This document shows, piece after piece, positions 46,481-54,246 of a stretch of 64,000 bases of DNA. Below the pieces are notes generated by a model that saw nothing but the letters and a program-made list of their open reading frames with translations, was not told where the DNA came from and ran no database searches. Every line of letters starts with the position of its first letter. Position 1 is the stretch's first letter. Position numbers and translations under genes: made by a program. The DNA comes from Clostridiales bacterium (GTDB taxonomy: Bacteria > Bacillota > Clostridia > Christensenellales > CAG-138): the NCBI GenBank assembly GCA_004558525.1, contig SFCQ01000005.1:5224-69223 (forward strand). Direction: 5' to 3'.

Positions 46481-47550
46481 GCGTGAAAAAGGAGTTTGGA
46501 GTATCGCTTGATATTGCAAGGAGCATATCTAACCGAGAATTTACCGTTGTTGAAGGCGACACCGGCAATGTGCTTAAGATAACGCTGAATAACGACGGTG
46601 CGCCGGTAGATCTGACAGGATGCAGGGTGATGGCGCTGTTTTCAAAATCCGACGGCACAACGGTGTGCCAGGACAGCGGGGAAGCGGGCAGCGGAGTAAG
46701 CGTTGGCGGCACGAACAATAACGAGATAACGATTGCCCTTTTTGCTTCGTCCGTATCGCCGGGCATGGTGGAATGCGAGATACAGGTGTACTCCGGGAGC
46801 GGCCAGGAGACGCTTATAACGACGGCACAGTTCAACTTCAAATGCAGAAGGGGCATACTTAACGCGGACACCGTGGCTGCCGTTCCGCAATACCCTATAC
46901 TTGTATCCCTTATAAGGGACATGAACGAGATTGAGGCGAGCACAGAAAACCTGATAGAGAGCAACATCAGTATACAGGCCGCGGAGGAGAAGCGCGTGCT
47001 GGCCGAAACGCAGAGGAGCAACGCCGAAAATACCAGAAACAGCAACGAGGCCGAGCGCAAGCAGGCCGAAATGGAAAGGGATGCAAGCGAAAAGGTACGC
47101 GCCAACAAGTTCAACCAAAAAGAGCGCGAGCTTGACGAGCTGATGGATACGGCAAGCGGGCTTATAGCGGAGCTTCAGGGGGTCGGAGAGGGCTCAACGC
47201 CTATAAGGAGCATAGTCGGCATACTTAAGGGCGACGGTACGGAGATATCCGCCGCGCAGTCCGGCGTGGATTACGAGGCGCCGGCGGCTGAAGCTTCGGC
47301 ATTGCCCGAATCCGGCACGGCACTGAGCGAGGACACGGTGTATACGCCAACTTCGGCCGTAGGCACATATCAGTTCGTGCCGCCTGCGTCCGGCTGGGCG
47401 CACGGCAGCTTTACAACGGCCGAAAACGCGGCGGTGACTTTTGCCGGCGGCAGCAGGTTTCTCGGCCAAGCGCCCGAAATAGCAGGGGGCAAGACGTATG
47501 AGTTTGACGTGCTTGACTGCGTATGGGCGATACAGGAGGTAAGCGGCTGA
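46459..47550 (+). CDS. Tail fibre / receptor-binding-type protein with a BppU-N-like Ig domain and central coiled coil
   Basis: FTVVEGDTGNVLKITL..PVDLTGCRV..ITIALF..ECEIQVY pattern, then an EAERKQAEMERDASE coiled coil. Confidence 0.5.
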   Translation: MGDNTTVSVKKEFGVSLDIARSISNREFTVVEGDTGNVLKITLNNDGAPVDLTGCRVMALFSKSDGTTVCQDSGEAGSGVSVGGTNNNEITIALFASSVSPGMVECEIQVYSGSGQETLITTAQFNFKCRRGILNADTVAAVPQYPILVSLIRDMNEIEASTENLIESNISIQAAEEKRVLAETQRSNAENTRNSNEAERKQAEMERDASEKVRANKFNQKERELDELMDTASGLIAELQGVGEGSTPIRSIVGILKGDGTEISAAQSGVDYEAPAAEASALPESGTALSEDTVYTPTSAVGTYQFVPPASGWAHGSFTTAENAAVTFAGGSRFLGQAPEIAGGKTYEFDVLDCVWAIQEVSG

Positions 47551-48374
47551 TGATACCCAAAAGATTTGCGTTAAGGCGAAGAATGTTCGCCAAAAAGGGC
47601 GGCGGCGGGGGCGTTGCCGCCCTTAGTATAAGCTATAGCGGCGAATGGACGGATCACGGCATGGTGGCGATGACAGGGGGCGAATACAGACTGCTTGAGT
47701 TTAGATCGTCAGGCACGCTGAGTATAGCGAAGCCGGTGAATTGCGAGGTATGCGTTGTTGGCGGCGGTGCGGACGGCAGCAGCGGCAGCAAAACAGAAGG
47801 CCAAGCCGGAGTCGGGGGCGCGGGAGGCTACCTTAAGAACGCAAGCCTGACTGCTTACAGCGGCGGAGGCGTTATCATCGGCGCGGCAAAGGGTGCATCC
47901 TCCATAGGAGGCATAGTGGCCAACGGCGCAGCATCAAAGAACGGAGGTACCGGCGCAGGCGGAGCGGACATACAGGCAGCCGGCAAGGGCGACGGAATAA
48001 GCAAGTATCCATTCGGAGACAGCGCATATGAACAATGGCAGGACAAGCCGCACTGCGGAGGCGGCTCCGGAGGAGTGCTTGAATATGTGCCGGAGGACGA
48101 ATACTACTTTGGCGGCGAGGGCGGCACGAACGGCGGCGACGGCAAAGCGGCTGCCGAAAGCACAAAATCGATAACGCACGCCACGCCGGGAGGCAAGTAC
48201 GGCGGGGGCAGCGGAAGCAAGGGCAAGGGCTCCGCGGCGAGCTACTATGGCTCGGGCGGCGGAGGCGGCACATATTATGTACGCAGCAGCTCAAGCGAAA
48301 CGGCGGCTGCCGGAGGAAGCGGGTATCAGGGCATAGTGTACCTGAGGATAGCAAAAACACAGTCAGAGGAATAA
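47550..48374 (+). CDS. Glycine-rich tail-fibre-like protein
   Basis: ATG at 47550 overlaps the upstream TGA, with GGAGG upstream. Repeated GGxGG tracts throughout. Confidence 0.55.
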   Translation: MIPKRFALRRRMFAKKGGGGGVAALSISYSGEWTDHGMVAMTGGEYRLLEFRSSGTLSIAKPVNCEVCVVGGGADGSSGSKTEGQAGVGGAGGYLKNASLTAYSGGGVIIGAAKGASSIGGIVANGAASKNGGTGAGGADIQAAGKGDGISKYPFGDSAYEQWQDKPHCGGGSGGVLEYVPEDEYYFGGEGGTNGGDGKAAAESTKSITHATPGGKYGGGSGSKGKGSAASYYGSGGGGGTYYVRSSSSETAAAGGSGYQGIVYLRIAKTQSEE

Positions 48375-48398
48375 AGAAAGGAGCATCAGCGGATATAC

Positions 48399-48656
48399 AT
48401 GAGATACGCGGTGATAAAAAACGACACGGTAGAAAACGTTATAGTCGCCAAAAGCGAAAACAAGGCCGAGCTTGAAAAGCTGCTTTCGGCCGAGCTTGAG
48501 GACGCGTCTATATACGGGCTTGAGGCGGGCGACATGCGCATAGACGGAAAGTGGACAAGAAACCATGCCGGCGAGCAGATAACGCTTGATGAAAACGCGA
48601 CATACGACGAGCTTTTAAGCTATATAGAGGAACTGGAGGGGCTTATATATGGTTAA
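48399..48656 (+). CDS. Hypothetical phage protein (85 aa)
   Basis: In-operon ORF with host-type codons. Confidence 0.45.
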   Translation: MRYAVIKNDTVENVIVAKSENKAELEKLLSAELEDASIYGLEAGDMRIDGKWTRNHAGEQITLDENATYDELLSYIEELEGLIYG

Positions 48657-48765
48657 GCGCAGGGAAATACAGCAAAGGATAGCAAGGGCAAAGGCCGAGC
48701 TTATTAAAAAGCTCGGCAGGCCTTATGCCGGAGACGGGGTAAAGGAAGATGGAAAGAAGGAGTGA
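48649..48765 (+). CDS. Possible very small basic ORF (38 aa) bridging to the endolysin gene
   Basis: The ATG overlaps the preceding stop and the ORF's own stop overlaps the endolysin start. No other support. Confidence 0.25.
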   Translation: MVKRREIQQRIARAKAELIKKLGRPYAGDGVKEDGKKE

Positions 48766-49501
48766 ATTTGCGGCGTGGCTTGAGCGGCAAACCGGCAGCG
48801 CATATGTGTGGGGCGCGCAGGGACACAGGGTGGAGCGCGATGGCAGCGTCCACCTGAGGGACAGGGAGGTGAGCCCTAACTACATAAGCTGGACAAAGCT
48901 GAGGGAGACGAGCCGCAAAAACGCGGAAAGAGCGGCAGCCTATATAAGAAAAAAGCTTGATGAGGGGGCGGAAAGCATCAGCTGCTACGATTGCAGCGGC
49001 CTTATAATGGCTTATCTTAAGGAGATGAAGGGCTACCTAACATGCGACATGACGAGCAGGGCGCTGTTTTTGATAACTGAGGAGATTGCTAAAGACGAGC
49101 TTGACATCGGCGACCTTGTATTCAGGCACAACGGGGAGAGGATAGTACATGTAGGCGCATATGTAGGCAACGGCTTTGTTATAGACAGCCGCGGAAGGGA
49201 CGCGGGCGTTGTTAAGCAGAGCATAAGCAGCTTCCCGTGGAACAGGTTCGGCAAGCTCAAGCTGCTGGACAGGAGCGAAGAGACTCAAGAGCATGTGCCA
49301 TACTACGGCAAATGCTGCGGAAAAAGCGTTTATGTAAGAAGCGGAGCCGGTACGGCATATCCCATACTTGCAACGGCGCACAGTGGAGACAAGCTGATCG
49401 CGCTGCCCGAGGAAAACGGCTGGCAGAGGATAGCCATATGCTGCAAAGGAAAAATGCTTACAGGATACATGAGCGCAAAATATATAGAATATGCATATTG
49501 A
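48749..49501 (+). CDS. Endolysin: NlpC/P60 cysteine peptidase plus C-terminal SH3 domain
   Basis: YVWGAQG..YDCSGLI (catalytic Cys), HVGAYVG (His), and an SH3-like C-terminus VYVRSGAGTAYPILA..GWQRI. Confidence 0.8.
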   Translation: MERRSEFAAWLERQTGSAYVWGAQGHRVERDGSVHLRDREVSPNYISWTKLRETSRKNAERAAAYIRKKLDEGAESISCYDCSGLIMAYLKEMKGYLTCDMTSRALFLITEEIAKDELDIGDLVFRHNGERIVHVGAYVGNGFVIDSRGRDAGVVKQSISSFPWNRFGKLKLLDRSEETQEHVPYYGKCCGKSVYVRSGAGTAYPILATAHSGDKLIALPEENGWQRIAICCKGKMLTGYMSAKYIEYAY

Positions 49502-49514
49502 AGGGAGAATTATT

Positions 49515-49925
49515 ATGAGCGAAAAGGCTGTTATGTGGATAAAAGGAGCGATAGCCGCCCTGGGCGGGGCCGCGGCTTATCTTTGGGGACCATGGGACGC
49601 GCTGATAAACGCGCTTATAGCGCTGGTGGCGCTTGACTACGTTACGGGCGTTATATGCGCGGCTGCCAATAAAAGGCTGAGCAGCGAGATAGGCTTTAAG
49701 GGGCTTATAAAAAAGGCGCTTATATTTGCGCTGGTAGCCGTGGCCGGAGTTGCGGACAAGGTGATACCGGCTACGAATCAGGCGATACGCGCGGCGGTGA
49801 TACTGTTTTACATAGCTAACGAGGCGATAAGCATACTTGAAAACGCTGCTGAGCTTGGCTTGCCGGTACCTGAAAAGCTTAAGGCGGTACTTATTAAAAC
49901 AAAAGGCGAGGATAAGGCAGAGTAA
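49515..49925 (+). CDS. Holin (phage_holin_4-type, 3-4 TM)
   Basis: LDYVTG.. and FKGL.KK motifs, with TM helices. RBS GAAGGGAG. Confidence 0.75.
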   Translation: MSEKAVMWIKGAIAALGGAAAYLWGPWDALINALIALVALDYVTGVICAAANKRLSSEIGFKGLIKKALIFALVAVAGVADKVIPATNQAIRAAVILFYIANEAISILENAAELGLPVPEKLKAVLIKTKGEDKAE

Positions 49926-49930
49926 AACGG

Positions 49931-49959
49931 TTGCCGAGGCGTTAAAATCAGATTATAAT
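49931..49959 (+). promoter_or_regulatory. Promoter candidate TTGCCG-17-TATAAT for the DnaC-like gene
   Basis: Hexamers and spacing seen directly. Confidence 0.4.
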
Positions 49960-49997
49960 GGGAGCATATGAACTAAAGACGATATCAAGGAGGAAGT

Positions 49998-50921
49998 ATG
50001 CTCCCCGAGGATATTCAAAAGCAATACGACATAAGCCGCAAGCGGGCGATAGACGAGGCTGAAAAGCGCAAGGAAATGGCATACAGGGCATGGCCGAGGC
50101 TTAAGGAGATAGACGGCGAGATACGCGATATATCATTTAAGCTTGGCATAGAGCTTGTTAACGCAAAGGATAGGGACGCGGTGCGCCATAGAACAGCGGA
50201 AAAGCTTGAGCTGCTTACAAGGGAAAGAAATGAGCTGCTTAAACAGAACAAGCTTGACGGAAGCTGCCTTAAGCCGCGCTATAACTGCCCGAAATGCGGC
50301 GACACGGGCTTTTTGCCTAACGGCGGGCTTTGTCCCTGCGCAAGAATGAAGCTTGCGGGCAGGCGATACGCATCCTCAGGAATAAGTGAAAACGCTGGCT
50401 TTGACAGGTTCGACAGCTCCATATTCAAAGATGCGGAGCAGCTCAAGCGCACCCAAAAAGCCGCCAAGATATGCCGCGAATACGCGCAGAGCCTTGAATA
50501 CAACGGGGCGCGCGGGCTGCTGCTTATGGGTGAAACAGGGCTTGGCAAAACGTTCTTGATAGACTGCATAGGCAGGGAGGCCATTGAAAGAGGCTTCGGC
50601 GTAAAAAAATACACAGCCTACAACCTTATAGACGCAACGCTGAGGGCGTTGAGGGCGCGCACTGCCGGGCCGGAGATTGCGGAGGCCGACCTGCTGATGA
50701 TAGACGACCTCGGCACGGAGCCTATGGTGCCCGGGATAACTATAGAAACGCTTTTTGCGCTGATAAACGAACGGCAGTTTTCCGGCAAGGCCACGGTGAT
50801 AGCGACCAACCTTACAAAAAACGACATATACGAGCAATACGGCGAAAGGATAATATCAAGGCTTTTTGCATCGCGCGAGTTTGCGGCGATAACGCTTAAG
50901 GGGAACGACCTTAGAGTATAA
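49998..50921 (+). CDS. DnaC/DnaI-like AAA+ helicase-loader-type ATPase with an N-terminal zinc ribbon
   Basis: CPKCGDTG..CPC zinc ribbon, Walker A GETGLGKT, Walker B LLMIDDLG. Confidence 0.8.
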   Translation: MLPEDIQKQYDISRKRAIDEAEKRKEMAYRAWPRLKEIDGEIRDISFKLGIELVNAKDRDAVRHRTAEKLELLTRERNELLKQNKLDGSCLKPRYNCPKCGDTGFLPNGGLCPCARMKLAGRRYASSGISENAGFDRFDSSIFKDAEQLKRTQKAAKICREYAQSLEYNGARGLLLMGETGLGKTFLIDCIGREAIERGFGVKKYTAYNLIDATLRALRARTAGPEIAEADLLMIDDLGTEPMVPGITIETLFALINERQFSGKATVIATNLTKNDIYEQYGERIISRLFASREFAAITLKGNDLRV

Positions 50922-50952
50922 CAGGGCTTCAGAATACAAAATGCCGAGAGTG

Positions 50953-50989
50953 TCGAAAAAGTGGCTTAACGCCACTTTTTCGAGTTTTT
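50953..50989 (+). terminator. Intrinsic terminator of the DnaC-like gene
   Basis: Stem TCGAAAAAGTGGC/GCCACTTTTTCGA, followed by GTTTTTA. Confidence 0.7.
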
Positions 50990-51107
50990 ACGGGTTTTGC
51001 CTCTCGCTCACGCTCCCGGGCGGCAAAACCCGAAAGGCATGAAAACCTGAAGGTTTTCATACGTTCTGACGTGCATGCCGTCAGAGCCGGAATTAGCTTA
51101 AGGGGCA

Positions 51108-51144
51108 GCCGCCCCTTAACAACCCCAAGGTTTATCGACAGGCT
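51108..51144 (+). repeat. Intergenic repeat family, copy 2
   Basis: GCCGCCCCTTAACAACCCCAAGGTTTATCGACAGGCT, followed by hairpin 51147-51184. Confidence 0.65.
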
Positions 51145-51146
51145 GC

Positions 51147-51184
51147 GCCGGCCTTCCATGTATAGGAAGGCCGGCTGTTTTTTT
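51147..51184 (+). terminator. Hairpin GCCGGCCTTCC-atgtata-GGAAGGCCGGC followed by a T-run
   Basis: 11-bp perfect stem followed by TGTTTTTTT. Confidence 0.65.
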
Positions 51185-51199
51185 GGTTTTGGATTTTTA

Positions 51200-52012
51200 T
51201 TACTCGGCGGCTTCTTCGCCGGTTACGGAATAGTCGATTATGCAGCCGCAGGGGCAGACCTTTGCACACGCGCCGCAGCGGGTACACTTGTCGGAATCTA
51301 TGCGGGCATAACCATCTTCAACGGCTATGGCGCCATACTTACATTCCTTGACGCAGCGGCCGCAGGCGATGCAGGCCTTCATGCACGCGGCGCGGGCAAC
51401 GCGGCCGGTATCCTTGTTGCGGCAAAGCACAAGCACCTTAGTCTCTGCCGGTATAAGCCTTATGGCGCTCCTCGGGCAGGTGTTTACGCAGTTGCCGCAG
51501 GCAACGCATTTGTTGGAATCTATAAGCGCGATGCCATTGTTTATGCTTATTGCGCCGAACGCGCAGACCTTCATACAGTCGCCAAGACCTATGCAGGAAT
51601 ACGGACACTCCTTGGGTCCGCCCGCCATTGAAGCGGCGGCGGCGCAGCTACGGTAGCCATCGTACTTATAACGCTCCTTGGCTATACCGTTATGACCCTG
51701 GCATATAACGCGCGCGACCATCTTTTCGCCGGCCTCTAACTCTATGCCGAGTGCCTCGCTTATGGCGGCAAGGTCTGCGGCGGCGCAGGCATTGGGCTTA
51801 GCTTCGCCGTTTACAACGGCTTCGGCAAACGCCGCACAGCCTGCATATCCGCAGGCGCCGCAGTTTGCCCCGCCAAGCGCTTCGCTGACCTTGGCAATGC
51901 GCGGGTCAACCTCCACAGCCAGCTTTTTATCCGCGACCTCCAGCAATATGCCGAATATAAGGCCGATTACGCCCAGCACGCCCAAAGCAAGCAATACGGG
52001 GATCCACTCCAT
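51200..52012 (-). CDS. rnfB: Rnf complex subunit B (polyferredoxin)
   Basis: N-terminal TM, CGACGYAGC motif, and several CxxCxxCxxxCP motifs. RBS AAGGAGGG. Confidence 0.9.
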   Translation of the reverse strand: MEWIPVLLALGVLGVIGLIFGILLEVADKKLAVEVDPRIAKVSEALGGANCGACGYAGCAAFAEAVVNGEAKPNACAAADLAAISEALGIELEAGEKMVARVICQGHNGIAKERYKYDGYRSCAAAASMAGGPKECPYSCIGLGDCMKVCAFGAISINNGIALIDSNKCVACGNCVNTCPRSAIRLIPAETKVLVLCRNKDTGRVARAACMKACIACGRCVKECKYGAIAVEDGYARIDSDKCTRCGACAKVCPCGCIIDYSVTGEEAAE

Positions 52013-52025
52013 ACTTGTTCCCTCC

Positions 52026-52640
52026 TTAGGAGCCGAGGCCCGCAAAGCCCATGAAAGCCACGGACATGAGGCCGGCTATTATAAGCGAGCTTGAAAAGCC
52101 CTTGAGACAATTGGGCACCTTCGATGTTTCTAGCCTCTCCCTTACGCCGGCCATAAGCACTATGGCGAGCAGGAAGCCCAAGGCGCCGAATACGCCGTTC
52201 AATACCGAGAAAAGCAGATCGTACTCTACAAGCTGACCGCCTATGGTTATGGGATCGCCTATGTTAAGCAGGCAAACGCCCAAAACCGCGCAGTTGGTGG
52301 TTATAAGCGGCAGATATATGCCGAGCGCCTTATAAAGCGACGGGCTGCTCTTTTTGATGAACATTTCAACTATCTGCACCAGGCTGGCTATTACCAGTAT
52401 GAACACTATGGTGTTCAGGTAAGCAAGCCCAAGCGGCACGAGCAGATAAGTGTATATAAGATAGGTGAAAAGCGAGGCAAGAGCCATTACAAACGTGACG
52501 GCGAGACCCATGCCGGTAGCGGTTTCGACCTTGTTGGATACGCCGAGGAATGGGCAGTTGCCAAGATAACGAGAGAATATGAAGTTGTTGGTAAGCACGC
52601 AGTTTACCATGAACAGAAGCACCTTCACTATGCCGCTCAT
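52026..52640 (-). CDS. rnfA: Rnf complex subunit A
   Basis: NNF(I/V)..LG.CPFLGVS motif. 6-TM protein. Confidence 0.9.
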   Translation of the reverse strand: MSGIVKVLLFMVNCVLTNNFIFSRYLGNCPFLGVSNKVETATGMGLAVTFVMALASLFTYLIYTYLLVPLGLAYLNTIVFILVIASLVQIVEMFIKKSSPSLYKALGIYLPLITTNCAVLGVCLLNIGDPITIGGQLVEYDLLFSVLNGVFGALGFLLAIVLMAGVRERLETSKVPNCLKGFSSSLIIAGLMSVAFMGFAGLGS

Positions 52641-53281
52641 GCGCGTATCACTCCTTTCTCATCACTCTTTTTCTTTGCAGCCTTTTCGGTGAAGTAGTTG
52701 GCAATGCCAAGCACAAGACCGAATACAATGAAGCCGCCGGGCGCCATGAGCGCAAGAAGCATGGGCTCAAAGCCGGCGCCGAATATGCTTATGCCGAATA
52801 TGCTGCCGCTGCCGAGTATCTCACGCACCATACCGATAACGGTTATTGCAAGCGTAAAGCCTGCGCCCATGCCAAGACCGTCCGCCGCGCTGAGCAAAGG
52901 CCCGTTTTTGCTTGCAAACGCCTCAGCCCTTGCAAGTATTATGCAGTTGACGACGATAAGCGGTATGAATATGCCAAGGCTCGCGTAAAGCGCAGGCACA
53001 AAGGCTTTCACTATCATCTCTACCAATGTAACGAAGGTACATATAACGACTACGAACGCCGGAATACGGATCTTATCAGGAATGATGTTCCTAAGCAGGG
53101 ATATGACCACGTTTGAACCGACAAGCACAAACGTTGCCGCCGCGCCCATACCGACGGCGTTTGTAGCGCTGGTTGTCGAAGCGAGCGTGGGGCATATGCC
53201 CAGAACAAGCCTCAGCGTCGGGTTTTCGTTGAGTATTCCGTTAAAGAATACGCTTGAAAGTGTCTTTTCTTTTTTAGCCAT
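52637..53281 (-). CDS. rnfE: Rnf complex subunit E
   Basis: NENPTLRLVLGICPTLA motif. Confidence 0.9.
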   Translation of the reverse strand: MAKKEKTLSSVFFNGILNENPTLRLVLGICPTLASTTSATNAVGMGAAATFVLVGSNVVISLLRNIIPDKIRIPAFVVVICTFVTLVEMIVKAFVPALYASLGIFIPLIVVNCIILARAEAFASKNGPLLSAADGLGMGAGFTLAITVIGMVREILGSGSIFGISIFGAGFEPMLLALMAPGGFIVFGLVLGIANYFTEKAAKKKSDEKGVIRA

Positions 53282-54245
53282 TGGCCTTTTCCTCCTTCAG
53301 GCGGCCATAAAGCCGGGGCTTAACATATTTATCAAGAAGAGGAGTGACTATATTCATAATGAGTATGCCATAGGTCACGCCTTCCGGATAGTTGCAGAAG
53401 TTCCTTATTACGACAACTATTATGCCGCAGCCGGCAGCATAGATGAATTGGCCTTTTGAGCTCATCGGGCTGGTGGTATAATCCGTTGCCATGAACACGG
53501 CGCCGAGCATGACGCCGCCGGCCAGTATGGCCTGCACAGGGTCGTTGCCAAGTATTGCCGAGAACACGAATACCACCGCAAGGAACGTTACTGGTATGCG
53601 CCAGGTTATTACCCTGCGCATGAGCATGTAGATAAGGCCGATAAGTATGGCAGCCTTCGATACCTCGCCTATACAGCCGGGTATATTGCCAAGGAACATG
53701 TCAAGATAAGTAGCGTTGTAGCTTCCGCTAAGCACCGTTGCGCTGGTAACACCGTCCGCAGCGGCCTGCTCCCAGAATGGAAGCGACTTGAAAAGGAAAA
53801 CGCTGCCGTTCCAGTCGGACGGTATGAACGTGGTCATGCGCACGGGCCAGCTTGCAAGCATTATACCCCTTGCGGCAAGCGCGGGATTGACGAAGTTATC
53901 GCCTATGCCGCCGAAAAGCTGCTTAACGAGTATTATCGCAAGGCCGCTGCCGATCACGGGCAGCCACCATGGCGCCGTTGGCGGGAGGTTTAGGCCAACA
54001 AGAAGGCCGGTGACAGCCGCGCTCAGGTCGCCTACCCTTATGGTCTTATGCGTAAGCTTCTGCCAAAGATACTCAAACAGGACCGCTGAAAATGTGGATA
54101 TAACCACCAGCAGCGCCGCGTTTACGCCAAAGTAGTATATGCCGGCTATGGTAGCGGGCATAAGCGCGATTATAACATCGAGCATCAAGGAGCGCGTGTT
54201 CTGCTGGCTGCGCACATGTGGCGCGGTTGAAATATACAGGCTCAT
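53274..54245 (-). CDS. rnfD: Rnf complex subunit D
   Basis: Polytopic protein with an FMATDYTTSP FMN-attachment-type motif. Its stop overlaps the rnfE start. Confidence 0.9.
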   Translation of the reverse strand: MSLYISTAPHVRSQQNTRSLMLDVIIALMPATIAGIYYFGVNAALLVVISTFSAVLFEYLWQKLTHKTIRVGDLSAAVTGLLVGLNLPPTAPWWLPVIGSGLAIILVKQLFGGIGDNFVNPALAARGIMLASWPVRMTTFIPSDWNGSVFLFKSLPFWEQAAADGVTSATVLSGSYNATYLDMFLGNIPGCIGEVSKAAILIGLIYMLMRRVITWRIPVTFLAVVFVFSAILGNDPVQAILAGGVMLGAVFMATDYTTSPMSSKGQFIYAAGCGIIVVVIRNFCNYPEGVTYGILIMNIVTPLLDKYVKPRLYGRLKEEKANG

Positions 54246-54246
54246 A

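Larger units (their letters stand above)
41082..49925 (+). mobile_element. Phage-derived head, short-tail and lysis module
   Basis: Fourteen co-directional, tightly packed ORFs from the scaffold candidate to the holin. No tape measure, tube or sheath. No lysogeny or replication genes. Confidence 0.75.

Noticed and set aside
51086-51112. Resemblance to SRP RNA domain IV (CCGGAA..GGGGCAGCC).
   Set aside because: The conserved GGAAGCAGCC core is not present, and the segment is part of a dispersed 4-copy repeat, which a single-copy SRP RNA would not be.
50929-51159. The 76-aa minus-strand ORF in the hairpin-rich spacer.
   Set aside because: It is composed of back-to-back palindromes and the reading frame is a by-product of the inverted repeats. 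No RBS is present.
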